A stretch of DNA of 58,402 nt, filler included, from Nemertoderma westbladi (taxonomy: Eukaryota; Animalia; Xenacoelomorpha): the NCBI GenBank assembly GCA_032718475.1. It is 2 parts of 2 records of this genome, joined end to end, with 100 filler letters (N's around TTAATTAATTAA, not from the genome) between each part and the next. Parts side by side here need not be neighbours in the genome. Positions count along the whole stretch, not along the records: positions 1 to 30,022 come from JAUCBJ010001573.1; 1 more part is not named here. One strand, written 5' to 3'. The position numbers and the translations under genes were made by a program. Positions 11,276-22,828 of the stretch are shown here, piece after piece (within the stretch, counting starts at the first letter, position 1; each line of letters starts with the position of its first letter). The notes below the pieces were generated by a model, which searched no databases, had not been told where the DNA came from, and saw only the letters and a program-made list of their open reading frames with translations.

Positions 11276-12594
11276 GCTTATGTGTACAGTTGAATGTCTA
11301 CTGCCGTATTACAGTCTGAGCAAGTCTAGTAACTCAGTATTAACTGCTAGCCTAGTAATTAATTACCGTTACTGCTACTCAGTGTAGCGTGATATATATA
11401 TAATATATTAGAATACCGGTATACTTATAGTATATATAACTATATAAGTATTATTACAGACTAGGTTTATCACAGAATACCGGTATAATTTTAGCACAAA
11501 TATATATAAATATATAATAGGCCTATCGGAATACCGGTATACAGCTTACAGTTTGTAGGATATATAATTCTGAAATAGAATTAATTACAAGTACCGGTAT
11601 AATTTCAGCCTAAATTTATAGAAATAAGATAATAGGCCTATCGTAAATACCGGTATATCAATTATTTTGGAATAATTGAATTTCTGAACTTTAGGGTTAC
11701 TTGGTTACTTTAACTTACTTTATTACCGTTATTTAAGCAGTAATCCAACTGATATTGAGACCTAATGGTTGTATGGTAGGCCTACTATTTATAAATCGTT
11801 AGATTTGATTTATAATATATATATACCCGTTTTAATGGGTTTTGTCAATGTTGAAATAAATGTTATTATTTCTGGGGTAATCACTACACAAAGCGGTGCG
11901 CTTTCAGTGAAGTGTTACTTATGAGACACTAAAACAAATAATACTAATTTACCTAAGTTACTTAATACTACAAATTACGTACAATTCGGGTGAGATTACA
12001 ATCTCTAAATAAATGCAAAAATCTACAAAAAACACAAAATACGAATTTTTAGGGTAATTTTACAAGAAGTCTACAAACCAGCCTAACAAAGGGTTAGAAT
12101 TCTGGTTATTACACGGACAGGGTACTACGGTATTTGAAATAATAAGTAGTAGTAAATACACTGCGTTGTCTAGATAGGAAAATACCACCGCCTGACGACC
12201 TATAGCCGTATCGCTATAGGTTCTACGTTATGTATCACGGAGTGTTCCTACCTAGAAGTTAATAGAGCTAATCGAATGTGCCTATCAACCACTTTACAAC
12301 ACAGATATAATGTCTACAATAATTACTTCGGAAAGCACTGTACACTAAACCCTAAATTAGGTACGAGTACTTGTACAACAAATAATCAGTAGTTAAATAT
12401 ACTTGAACAGCTAAAAGAACCACGGCATCTGCTGGAGTGACCGATGCACAAAATCACCAGTCTTTACCTACGCCAAGCAGCCCGTGTAGTACCGGGGTTA
12501 ATTTAACTATAGCGGTATGTATAACAAACACAATTACTGTAGGAACAAACTTGGGGACTTGAATGTTGCGAATAATCGCATAAACTCTGAATAA

Positions 12595-13170
12595 TAAATA
12601 TTACGCTACGCGTACAAACTACTCAAACAAAATACAGACTGAACACTGACAGACTACTATCAAGCCTAAACAAACTACGGTATATGCAGACTCCGAAATG
12701 ATTAGGGAGTATGCGCTCTAACCCAGTAGTGCGACTTATTCTTTAGTTGGGGGTTTACCTTACAGCGTTGCTGCCCCTACTTCCTAACCGTACTTAATCG
12801 GACAGATGATCTACACACGCGGCAATCCGTTCAGACCTAATAACAGCCAGACAACTATCCAGCCTACAAATTATCTAAGTAAAATTATACGCTACCCGTA
12901 CAGACTTACACAAACAAAGTACAGACTAAACGATGGCAGACCACTCTCAAGCCTAAATAAACCACAGGACATGCAGACTCCGAAATGATTAGGGAGTATG
13001 CGCTCTAACCCAGTAGTGCGACTTATTCTTTAGTTGGGGGATTACCTTACAGCGTTCGCTGCCCCTACTTCCTAACCGTACTTAATCGGACAAGTGCTCT
13101 ACACACACTGTAATCCGTTCAGACTTAACAGCAATCAGACAACAGCTCAGCCTACAAATTGTCTGTACAA
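12595..13170. repeat. Tandem duplication (~287-bp unit) in the BEL-1 5' leader
   Basis: ATGCAGACTCCGAAATGATTAGGGAG... occurs at 12684 and 12971 with diverged flanks. Confidence 0.85.
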
Positions 13171-13471
13171 TCTGATCAGGTTTACACGCCTTCTGTTCAA
13201 TACTGGCCTACAAACAAATAAAACTTGACAGAAATAAGTAAAAATCTCAATAAAAAACCAGGGCTGCAGTCCCTGATAAATTATTAAGGCCTACTGGTAT
13301 ATAACAATCAAAATCGAATAATACTGCTGTACCTGTACTGCTGTAGGTACCGGTCCGGGTGGTTAGGTAGTCAGGCCTACTGGTACCGGTTCTGGCAGTT
13401 GGGCCTACTGACCTACAGATGTACCGGTTGACCGGTACTTTCAACTTTATTGCTTACTGCAATAAAGAAGC

Positions 13472-13483
13472 TATATCCTTTAA
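13472..13483 (-). promoter_or_regulatory. Non-canonical primer-binding position (TTAAAGGATATA), complementary to an LTR-internal 12-mer
   Basis: Directly follows the 5' LTR end, lacks TGG, and is the reverse complement of sense-strand TATATCCTTTAA at 14274-14263. Confidence 0.55.
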
Positions 13484-14740
13484 TGTTCGCGCTTTCAGAC
13501 TTTTGGCAGTTTAACCCACCAAATTAAGATGTCTTCTAGATATTAAATCAGTTTTTAGTCTATGACAAGTATTTGATTCACTACACTAGTCGAAACCAAT
13601 CCGTGCGCGACCATTCACCCGCTGGATATTCCCGGGAGATTGGGTTCGACGGTTTAATTTTATTGCTATGTAAGCCTAATGTATTATTCGACTGACAGTA
13701 TTATATAATCTCTGACAATATTATTCACCTTCGGGAATATTAACAGTTCCTTTAGGACGTGGCGCCCCATCTATATAAACAGAGTTATGACTTAAACTAC
13801 TCACAACGATATGGCTTAATTATAATTCACATATATGGCGCATTCTTTAGGAATTGCTTCTTTAACAGACTCACTCATACACAATGCTGCACAATACTGC
13901 ACACTAATCTGCCAATCTTCACTGATTTTAGTCACATATAAAAGGAACACAGACTGAATCATGTAGGGTCTATCAAATAACATTGGATTCACTTCAAACC
14001 ACTTTAACATAAGTCACAATCGTTATTGGTAACCTTTCTCTCTTACCTTCGGTATATCAAGTTATTTATCGTTATTCCAAATATAATAATTCATCAACCA
14101 TATTATGAAGAACTAACAGCAAATAGCAGTATAAAACAACAACTGAACACTGATTGTTATGAGTTTGCAATGTTTCAGCAGTCAGCATGTATCATCAGTC
14201 AGCAGTGATTCCATGAGTTTGATCGGTATGTTAGTACCGGTATGTCAGTACCGGTATGTCAGTTAAAGGATATATGCCCTTTATAATTAAACCTACTAGT
14301 GTAAGACTAAAAACTGTAAAGCACAAAATACTTCCAAGCCGTTCTTTCTTTGGCTCAGGACTGAATGTAAACACTGCACATAGGCATTGCGTCATTTCTC
14401 GGAAATTTTCTGTACAAGGAGCCACAAAAACGCTCTAATTGGCTGACTGAACTGAGAGACGCCGTAGAACAAAGGAAATCAACACGTATGAATGTCAGCT
14501 GTTAACCGTAGTCATAGTAACTACTGTTCAAGAGTAGCTATCACCCCTTTGCGTCACGAATTGCCATAGAATCATAAAATATGCCTTTCACAGTACACAT
14601 ACGGAGGAAATAGGTCTTAGATCCTCTAAAAACACCGATACAGCAATAATACGGTCTCTTACACTTATTAAATCAACTACAGAGTATTTTAATGTAAAAG
14701 ATAATAAAAATAACGGGGCAATTCAGCAAAGGCTTTTACA
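13484..14740 (-). repeat. BEL-1 5' LTR
   Basis: Direct repeat of 2327-3579, followed by TSD GTGTT. Confidence 0.95.
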
Positions 14741-15669
14741 GTGTTTTATTATAAAATGACGTAAATAGGGCTACATACTGTATAAAATCGACTGAATATA
14801 AAATGAACTCGTGTATTTTTTATTTACCCTATCTAATTATTACGGTTGCACATCAATACGCACTTATCTAACTTATTTTATACTGTATAACGGGTTGTTC
14901 TGTACACAGCGCCATATATCGCAACACCGCTCCAAGGGAAACATGTAATGTTTCTCTCCAATTGTAGAAGAAATATGGCGGTGTGGAATAACAAATAAAA
15001 TTTACTTTCAAATAAATCAATAAACTTGGTTCTATTATAATTCTAATACATACAAAATATTTCTACCTTTACTGCATAAATATTATCATTACATACAAAA
15101 TACAAATTAAATTAAAAAATATACTTCCTTCGAATTATTTACAAATTAACCATTTACTTATTGAAATGGAACATGGCTAGGACTATGTCCCCCATTTCCC
15201 ATCTCAAATTATAGAGAACAAATAATAACAAAGGAACTAAAATATAAACGTATTTGAGGCTAAATTTTTAACTAAATTGCATTAAAGGCCGACAATCAAA
15301 TTAAATATAAAATACGTAATAATTTCTTTCATTTTCGGACTTTACTTAATTTCTTATAAAAAACGCAAATCATCTTGGTTTGATGATTGCTCAGGTAAGT
15401 GAAAGGAGTAAGCCAAACCCGCGGGTTTGTCTCCCCAATCACTTCCTTTGCCTCTTTCAATAAACTTTAGAGCAAATAAAGTCATATACACAAAATCAAA
15501 TATAGTATAAAGTATTTACTATTTCCAACGGACTATAAAGTATAAAAGTATTTCCTTTCAATATTTTTCGGCCTTCTTTTTTATATAAAAAAATTCTGAC
15601 TAAACTAAATCAAATGAAAAATAAGTATAACATATATTAAAATCCACTTGTGATGGGTGGGCAATAAAT

Positions 15670-16460
15670 CTAGACGTATATATCAGAGCGACGATGATAT
15701 ATAAAGGATTGGACATATTCGGGCTTAATAATACGTGCGTCGAAACTTCCCGAAATAATTTGGAGTAAAATATCGTATAAATCGCGGATCGTGGGTATAG
15801 TTAGTAGACGGATGGATGGTGCGAGTCTACTGGATGTCGGAACAGCTTGCGTTGTCTTTTCGCGTCGTATCTTTACCTCATCTTGCCTCATCTTTCTCCG
15901 GATGTTGCGGGTCGAATGTTGACCAAAGGCTCGAGAGTTCTAAACCCGCTTCGTGCCGCGCCTCAAATCTTTATGCGCTCGATGAGGCGAAATGGCGGCG
16001 GACATCTCCACTAAGGCAGGAGTAGTATGAGTTCCAATCTCACTATATAAGGATCCGGAATCGTAGTTGTCGGTGTAACAGACGTTGGGGGTTTCTTTCC
16101 GCTAAATCGACGGTTATCATTGGGTTACTCATCGGATCGCTTTCGTCCTTCTGGGCTCCTCCAAACACCAACGGATGGCGCTTCAAAATTCTCAAGACTA
16201 TGTCTGTTATCAACAAGTTACCGTGTTTGATTCCAACAATAGATAATACTGCAACAAAGCACGAGGTGGTGCACAAATGTTCCAATATACCAACGCTTGT
16301 CACTTGAAATGGGATTTGAACTCAGCTCCCAGCGGCGTGTTATATTCACCGTATGCCTCCTCATACTTCTTCTGCATCTTCAACTTAAAACCCAATTAGA
16401 CAATAAATGAGCTATAAAGCCCATACCAGTCTTGGCTCGACATCCCGAGCTACCTGGCCC
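15670..16460 (-). pseudogene. Degenerate extra ORF(s) in the BEL-2 3' region
   Basis: GC-richer island with sense-strand ORF pieces (16043-16303, 15670-15891) between AT-rich spacers. No recognisable domain. Confidence 0.35.
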
Positions 16461-17110
16461 GCCTTCTAGCAGTTCAGGTTCGGCTCTCTAGATCCCGTCT
16501 CATTCCTAAGCTAACGTCTATATCTATTCCCATGCATAGCGCAAACTTTGGAGATAAACTGGCCGTGACCGACTCACTTTTTTGATGCCCATATTACTCC
16601 CCAAATACTTGTACTAGAATACAGTAGTTAGAACAGACATTATTTGGGGCGCTCAACTATACCAAACCCACGGGTTTGATTATCGAACACATCTCTCCAC
16701 TACAAACTACTGAGTGGAGTCTGTGTACGTCGCTGGTGCTACTAACCTTTAGCACCATTGGTTGTTGTACTGTTGGCACCAATCTGTGGAATCTACTGAA
16801 CTCAATTTACACTCCTAAATATAATAGCCGTAACCATGGTGTTTAGATAATATGTCTTCCAACTTTTCACGACTTTCAAAATTACTATATTCTTATAAAC
16901 ATGTTCACATGTTTATTCTACGTTTGAATTTGTCTTGGGTTCAACTGTAATTATAATTTTTTAACTTTAAAACTTTCAAATGCAAAAAAAAATTTTTATT
17001 TGATACCCACCAACATATTTTCAAACGCAATTCTCCACAAACCCGCTCCTATGCATTTCCAAGTATTTGCATATGAGGAATGCATATGAAGTGAATCTGT
17101 GTTTCTGGCA

Positions 17111-20100
17111 TTAATTTTGTTTTGAGGCAGAAGACAAGTTATAGTCTCCTGTCACAATGCGTGTTGGTGACAATTGCAATTCCACTGACGGAATCTTCGA
17201 ATCCAAATCCGCAGATTTGTAAACCGAAGGCTCCACTGGTGTGGTCGTTTCTTGTCGGTTACTTACTAACTGGGACCCTGGGGTTCCTTGCGCAATCTGT
17301 AGGGGTGGCTCTATGTCATAGCTAACCCTTCCAGATCTTGTGGTCACGTATGTCTCTTGATCCAAGAAGTCTATAGGCCGTTCCAATGGGTCTCTAGGCC
17401 GCTCCACTGAGTCCTTAGGCCGCTCCAATGAGTCTCTAGGCCGCTCCACTGAGTCATTAGGCCGCTCCAATGAGTCTCTAGGCCGCTCCAATGAGTCATT
17501 AGGCCGCACCAATGAGTCTCTAGGCCGCTCCAATGAGTCTCTAGGCCGCGCCAATGAGTCTCTAGGCCGCTCCAATGAGTCTCTAGGCCGCTCCAATGAG
17601 TCTCTAGGCCGCTCCAATGAGTCTCTAGGCCGCTCCAAGGAGTCTCTAGGCCGCTCCAATGAGTCTCTAGGCCGCTCCAGCGAGTCTCTAGGCCGCTCCA
17701 ATGAGTCTCTAGGCCGCTCCAATGAGTCTCTAGGCCGCGCCAATGAGTCTCTAGGCCGCTCCAATGAGACTCTAGGCCGCTCCAATGAGTCTCTAGGCCG
17801 CTCCAATGAGTCTCTAGGCCGCTCCACTGAGTCATTAGGCCGCTCCAATGAGTCATTAGGCCGCACCAATGAGTCTCTAGGCCGCTCCAATGAGTCTCTA
17901 GGCCGCTCCAAGGAGTCTCTAGGCCGCTCCAATGAGTCTCTAGGCCGCTCCAGCGAGTCTCTAGGCCGCTCCAATGAGTCTCTAGGCCGCTCCAATGAGT
18001 CTCTAGGCCGCGCCAATGAGTCTCTAGGCCGCTCCAATGAGTCTCTAGGCCGCTCCAATGAGTCTCTAGGCCGCTCCAATGAGTCTCTAGGCCGCAACAC
18101 AACACCTACTTGAGACGTATCTAAGTTCTGACCCTCTGTTATGTAGGTATATGTAATGATGTCACTTAGGAACGTTCTGTGTCTGTTAAACCCACTTTTA
18201 GCACCGAAATGGCACTCTTGGATGTCATCCTCAGGGGTATAATCACTATCTTTTTCAGTGTAATAACTGTGTTCTAACTGGTCGTTATCAGAACATAACT
18301 CCTCCTCCGAGTCACTAGCGTTTTCATCATGGTCTTTACAATCTCTTCTTGAGACATCTATGTCTGGAGGGCCTATGGACTCGCGTGAGTATAGAGATGT
18401 AGCTATTATCTTACCTCTCACTTTATCCGAGTTTTCCTGTAGATAACGATTTGTAGGAGTATGGAAATCGGCGTGTAGCAGTTTATGATGTAATCTGCCA
18501 CACTCTACACATCCGTTTCCGCTGTTCGGGCACTGGCGTCTTACATGACCTGGAGCAAGACATGCCCAACAGGTATCTAACATCCGCACTTGAATCCGTC
18601 TCTGTTCTGAGCTCAGTTCTTTGAAGTGCCTACAATTTTCTAACTTGTGGTCATCTGACCTTACTTCCTTTAAGAAACAGAACTGGCATCCCACAAATCC
18701 AACTGGCAAATCCTGTTGCTTTATACTAGGTCTGTCTGAACTCTCACCTGACCAGACTCGCGAGTCTGATCTCAAGGCGGGGGAATGGTTACTCTGGTTA
18801 TATTTGTCTACTGTGTTAAATGTCACAGACTGTCTGTCTTCATTGACACTTACCATAGATCTTCCCAACGCAGGTTTTGTGTCTCTCATATTCTCCTCTG
18901 AGAAGTTTGACTTCATCTCTGCGATAGCGTCGGTTGCTATCATATCGTGAATATGTCTGAGTGTTAACACTTTATCTTGACCCTCCAATTTGTTCTCTAA
19001 TTTCCGCCATTTTTGCCGATAACGAAAGTTCAGGCGTCTTATTATGCTCTTTAAAACCTCCGCGTGATCACCATAGTGTGGTAGATTCACTGTTTTTAAA
19101 ATATCTAGGGCATTTGTAATGGCGTTGGCCAAGTTTAACAGTTCCAACGGTGTTGTAATTTTTCCACCCTTGCCCAAATCCTCTACTATTGATTGTGCCA
19201 TTTTGGTTTTATTCCCATAGACGTCGCTAAGGGTCTTCATTCTTAGTTCAAATGCATTTTCATTCCCGACGAAATTGTCGGCAATGGTCCTTGGCTCTCG
19301 ATGGAGCATTTGCAATAAGTAATTGAATTTTTCATTGGGGGTAAAGGTACTGTTAGTTAACTGCTCATTGACATAAGTCTTAAATGTCCTCCAGTGTTTA
19401 TGGTTGCCCATAAACCTCTGAGGTTGTTGCGCTGGCAATCCCTGCCTAGCAGCAAACTTACCAATATCCCGAAGGGTGGCGTCATTCCGGATTAATAAGT
19501 TGGTCAACTCTGCAGGGTTGTCAAGTCTGGGCCTTTCCCGGGGATTCATACTTACCGGCTCCGTGTCGGTCCTTCTTTCCTTCCGGTTTTGGGACTTCTG
19601 ACGTCTCAATTATTGCTCTTCATCGCTCGAGTCTGTGTCAGTCCTCAGCGCTCGTGTTGGTTTACGTGCCGAAGCCCTGACCCAGGCCTCTTGTATAAAT
19701 CTTTCCGCCGAATTTTCGAAGTTGGGATTATAAATTGTAGAGACAGGCGTTCTTACCTGAGGTCTATGTGGTATAGTTGCCTCCGATATGCGTACTCGTT
19801 GACTAGGTTGGACTTTATCTAACTCAGGCCTGCTAGGATTTGAATTACTTCTTACCTGGGCTGCTTCCTTTAACTGTAGGTTGCTAAGCATGTCCGTTAT
19901 AGGTTGGATGTGTGGCGATATAGCTTGCGCCAAACTAGCACTTAACTCATCCCTCGTAATAAATTCCTGGCTAGGGTTCTGTTGTATTGTCGGCTCTATT
20001 TGAGTAATCCGTTGTCTCTCATATGATCCCTCTTCCGGTTTAACCCGGAAGTTCTCCGTCGAACTGGGTCGGCGCTCCGTCCACGTATTCCAAACCCGCG

Positions 20101-21847
20101 GGTTCGGTTCGCCCAATACTCGGCCCGTCGGAGTTTCTCTAAACTCCTCATTGTCTCGTTCAGTATGTAGTGGTGCGGTGTCCTGATGACGCGGATCCTG
20201 CGTGATGGGTGAAGCACTAATACCAACTGGTGTGCGGTATGTAGAGAACGGTTTAGCGATCCGTGTACTCGTAATAGCTGGACCGGGTATAGGAATTCTG
20301 GTCGTCGTCGACTCGCGTATAGTCGGAGTTCTCGCTTCCTGTTCAGCCTTCTGCAGTGCGAACAGTTCTCGCAACTCGGTACCTACACTCGCCCCACATT
20401 CTTCGATCATTCGCATCCCCTTCTCGGCGATTTCATTCGCCTTCCTGGTCCGTTCTTCGCTCTCTAAATCTAATCTCGCACTTTCCAACTGCGCCAGTTT
20501 ATGTTCTTCTTCTTCCCTCGCTCGTCTCGCTGCGCCCTCTTCTTCCACACGCGCCTTCTCTTCATACAACGCCTGTCGCTCCTTCTCGATCTCGAGTTCT
20601 CGTTCTTTACGTTCGCGTTCGAGCTGGAGTTCGCATTCCTTGCGTTCGCGTTCGAGCTGGAGTTTGCGTTCCTTGCGTTCACGTTCCGCTTGCTCACGCT
20701 TATCTTTCTCTTCCAACTCTCGCAACTTTGCGTCTAACTTACGTGTGCGCTCCCGTTCCCGTTCGGCTTCCTTCCGTGCTTCCGATGCACGCAAAACTTC
20801 CGCCTGTTGTTCGTCTAGTCGGCGTCTTCTCTCCTCTGCCTAGTTATGAGAAACAAGGGATCTAGTACATATAACCTTCCCTCACGCGTGACTAACCTGG
20901 GAATCGCCACTGTCTCTGGATGCGTCGTCGGGTGGAGTCAACGTCCTCTGTTGGATGTTCTCCGTCGTCGGTAGCACCTGGCCAGGTACCACCACTCCAT
21001 TCTGCATCAGCCAGCTAGTAACTTCCCTCTGATACCGGCGCTCTTCTTTGTCCTGCGTCTCTTCACGCTCCACTAAGTCTCTCAACTCTGCGTCCCTCAC
21101 CTGAGTCGCCTGCGCTTGTGATGCCCATAGCAACCAGTTCTCCGTCCTAACTCGTCGGAATCGCTCCGATAACGCACGGTGCTCCAACAAGGCTGCTAAA
21201 ACCCTATCGTAAACCCTCGTCGCCACGTCGATCGACTGAGACTCCACTGCTTTCTTTGCTAGGACTGCAAGCTCCTCCGTCTGCTTGAATAACGCTGAGT
21301 TATATCCCCTTCTAATTTCTACTAACCCTTCCCTTCCGATGTTACCTGAGTCGGCTAGCATCTTCCTTGCCTTGTCCGTCGTCCAGGTTATATGTCCGGC
21401 ATGCGCGCGAAGTTTCTTCTTTATCGCGATGTCTAGTTCTCTCTCGCTTACCTGACTCACACTCGGTGGACTTGAAGGATTATTTCGGGAACTACGGGTA
21501 CTCCTTATAGCCGCTGGGACCACGGCACTTACCATACCCACAGGTCTGGAAACCGGGCTCCGGGCTCTCGCTTCTGCTACACTACCCTCCCTATCACTCA
21601 CCTCTGTCCGGGCTGCTGTGCAATCCTTCCTTACAGTAGTGGTAGGGGATCCTAATACTATTACTGGTGGTCCTTGTTCTTCCTCACTAGTTACTGTCTC
21701 GTCCTCCTGTTCACTTACGTCACCGTCGCTCGCTGCGTCGTCATAGTCGGCATTGTCGTCAACAGTAATATTTACGCTATCGTCAGTCGGCGGTCCAGCC
21801 GCCGTCTCATAGCTGTCCTCTAGTGCCTCTTTGTCTGAGACACTCAT
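17111..21847 (-). pseudogene. gag: BEL/Pao Gag reading frame (1579 codons) with three in-frame stops and a C-terminal heptapeptide repeat
   Basis: ORFs 20882-21847, 19610-20794 and 17111-19609 share one frame; stops are TGA 20884-20882, TAG 20842-20840, TAA 19612-19610. Motifs: FMGNHKHWRTF...EKFNYLLQML, CQFC...HKLENC, CWACLAPGHVRRQC, CVECGRLHHKLLH. Confidence 0.85.
17372..18095. repeat. 21-bp coding minisatellite encoding (RPRDSLE)n
   Basis: CTAGGCCGCTCCAATGAGTCT, about 34 copies, in frame within the BEL-2 ORF. Confidence 0.95.
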
Positions 21848-22828
21848 AGTCTAAATAATGTTTTGCCTTCCGGCTAAAATCTCACAAAATTTCGAGATAT
21901 ATATTAATTTAATCGAAATTTCGATTAAATTATTTGTCAAAATAATTTATTTGGTCTCAAAATATCAAATATTAAATTTGTTAATTCACAATAAAAAATA
22001 TTATGAATTTAATTGTATATAATTATGGTAAATACCGGAATAATATTTAAACAAAATGTAGCTCTATAGCTATTATATAGCATTTAAATACCGGTATGAC
22101 ATGAAAATAATTTAAATCTAATTCAAAAATTCAAAAAAAATAAATTTGTCACCCGAAATATTTCTAATTTTATATCTAGCTCAAAATCAACGTAATTTTA
22201 TTTTTAAATATTATATATATCCACTAGCGCGTGGCTACACCTTCAGGTTGCGACACTCTCTCTCTCTCCAACTGAGCGATCCAAAACACCATGGCCGGCT
22301 AAACCTAACTAACCTAACTAATAAACTGAGTTCAGTTTCGCAGTCAAACAACCGGTAATTTTTTACTGCTTCCACAAACACACTGGTACCAACAGAACAA
22401 CTAACCCTGTTCGCTGTGAGATTCCACGTCCGCGTCCTAGGCTTCAGACTCGTTGCTGATTGCGAACCAAACCCGCAGACCCACACAAACCCCAGCATCA
22501 GAAGTTCCATCTCGCCATGTATCTCCAGATGGTATAAAATAATTAAGCGGTTATCCAACATACCGGTACTAAAACCCTAAATTTTATTATATAAATAATT
22601 TTGGCCGAAACTGAATTCTCACAAACCTAGCTACTAATTTTGAATTTACTAATTTTACAATTTACCCTAAGAGCCTAACGAATTACTGTATTCTCTATGA
22701 ATAGTGAACAAAAAAAAATAAAAGCCGTTTACTGTTAAAGAAATCTCAAAGGGGATTCTTCCTTTTGATATGTTCGTATTTTCGAATGAAACAATGAGGT
22801 TAATCAAACTATAACATACCAAGCTACT

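Larger units (their letters stand above)
2327..14740 (-). mobile_element. Complete non-autonomous BEL/Pao LTR retrotransposon (BEL-1)
   Basis: Two near-identical ~1.25-kb TG...CA LTRs, 5-bp TSD GTGTT (2322-2326 and 14741-14745), a PPT, and a BEL-type Gag-protease ORF. Confidence 0.93.
14746..22828 (-). mobile_element. Second BEL/Pao-like element (BEL-2), Gag-only, LTRs disrupted
   Basis: PPT-like GGAGCGG|TGT at 14933-14924 (same junction as BEL-1), BEL Gag ORF, and a CCTTTTGATA|TGTTCG junction at 22771 resembling the BEL-1 CCTTTAA|TGTTCG junction. Matching LTR pair not seen; boundaries are inferred. Confidence 0.6.

Noticed and set aside
17371-18105. 244-aa (WSGLETH)n ORF
   Set aside because: Alternative frame of the 21-bp repeat.
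22746-22770. Self-priming complement for BEL-2
   Set aside because: Only a 7-nt match (CAAAAGG near 24922) was found and the BEL-2 LTRs are incomplete, so it cannot be tested here.
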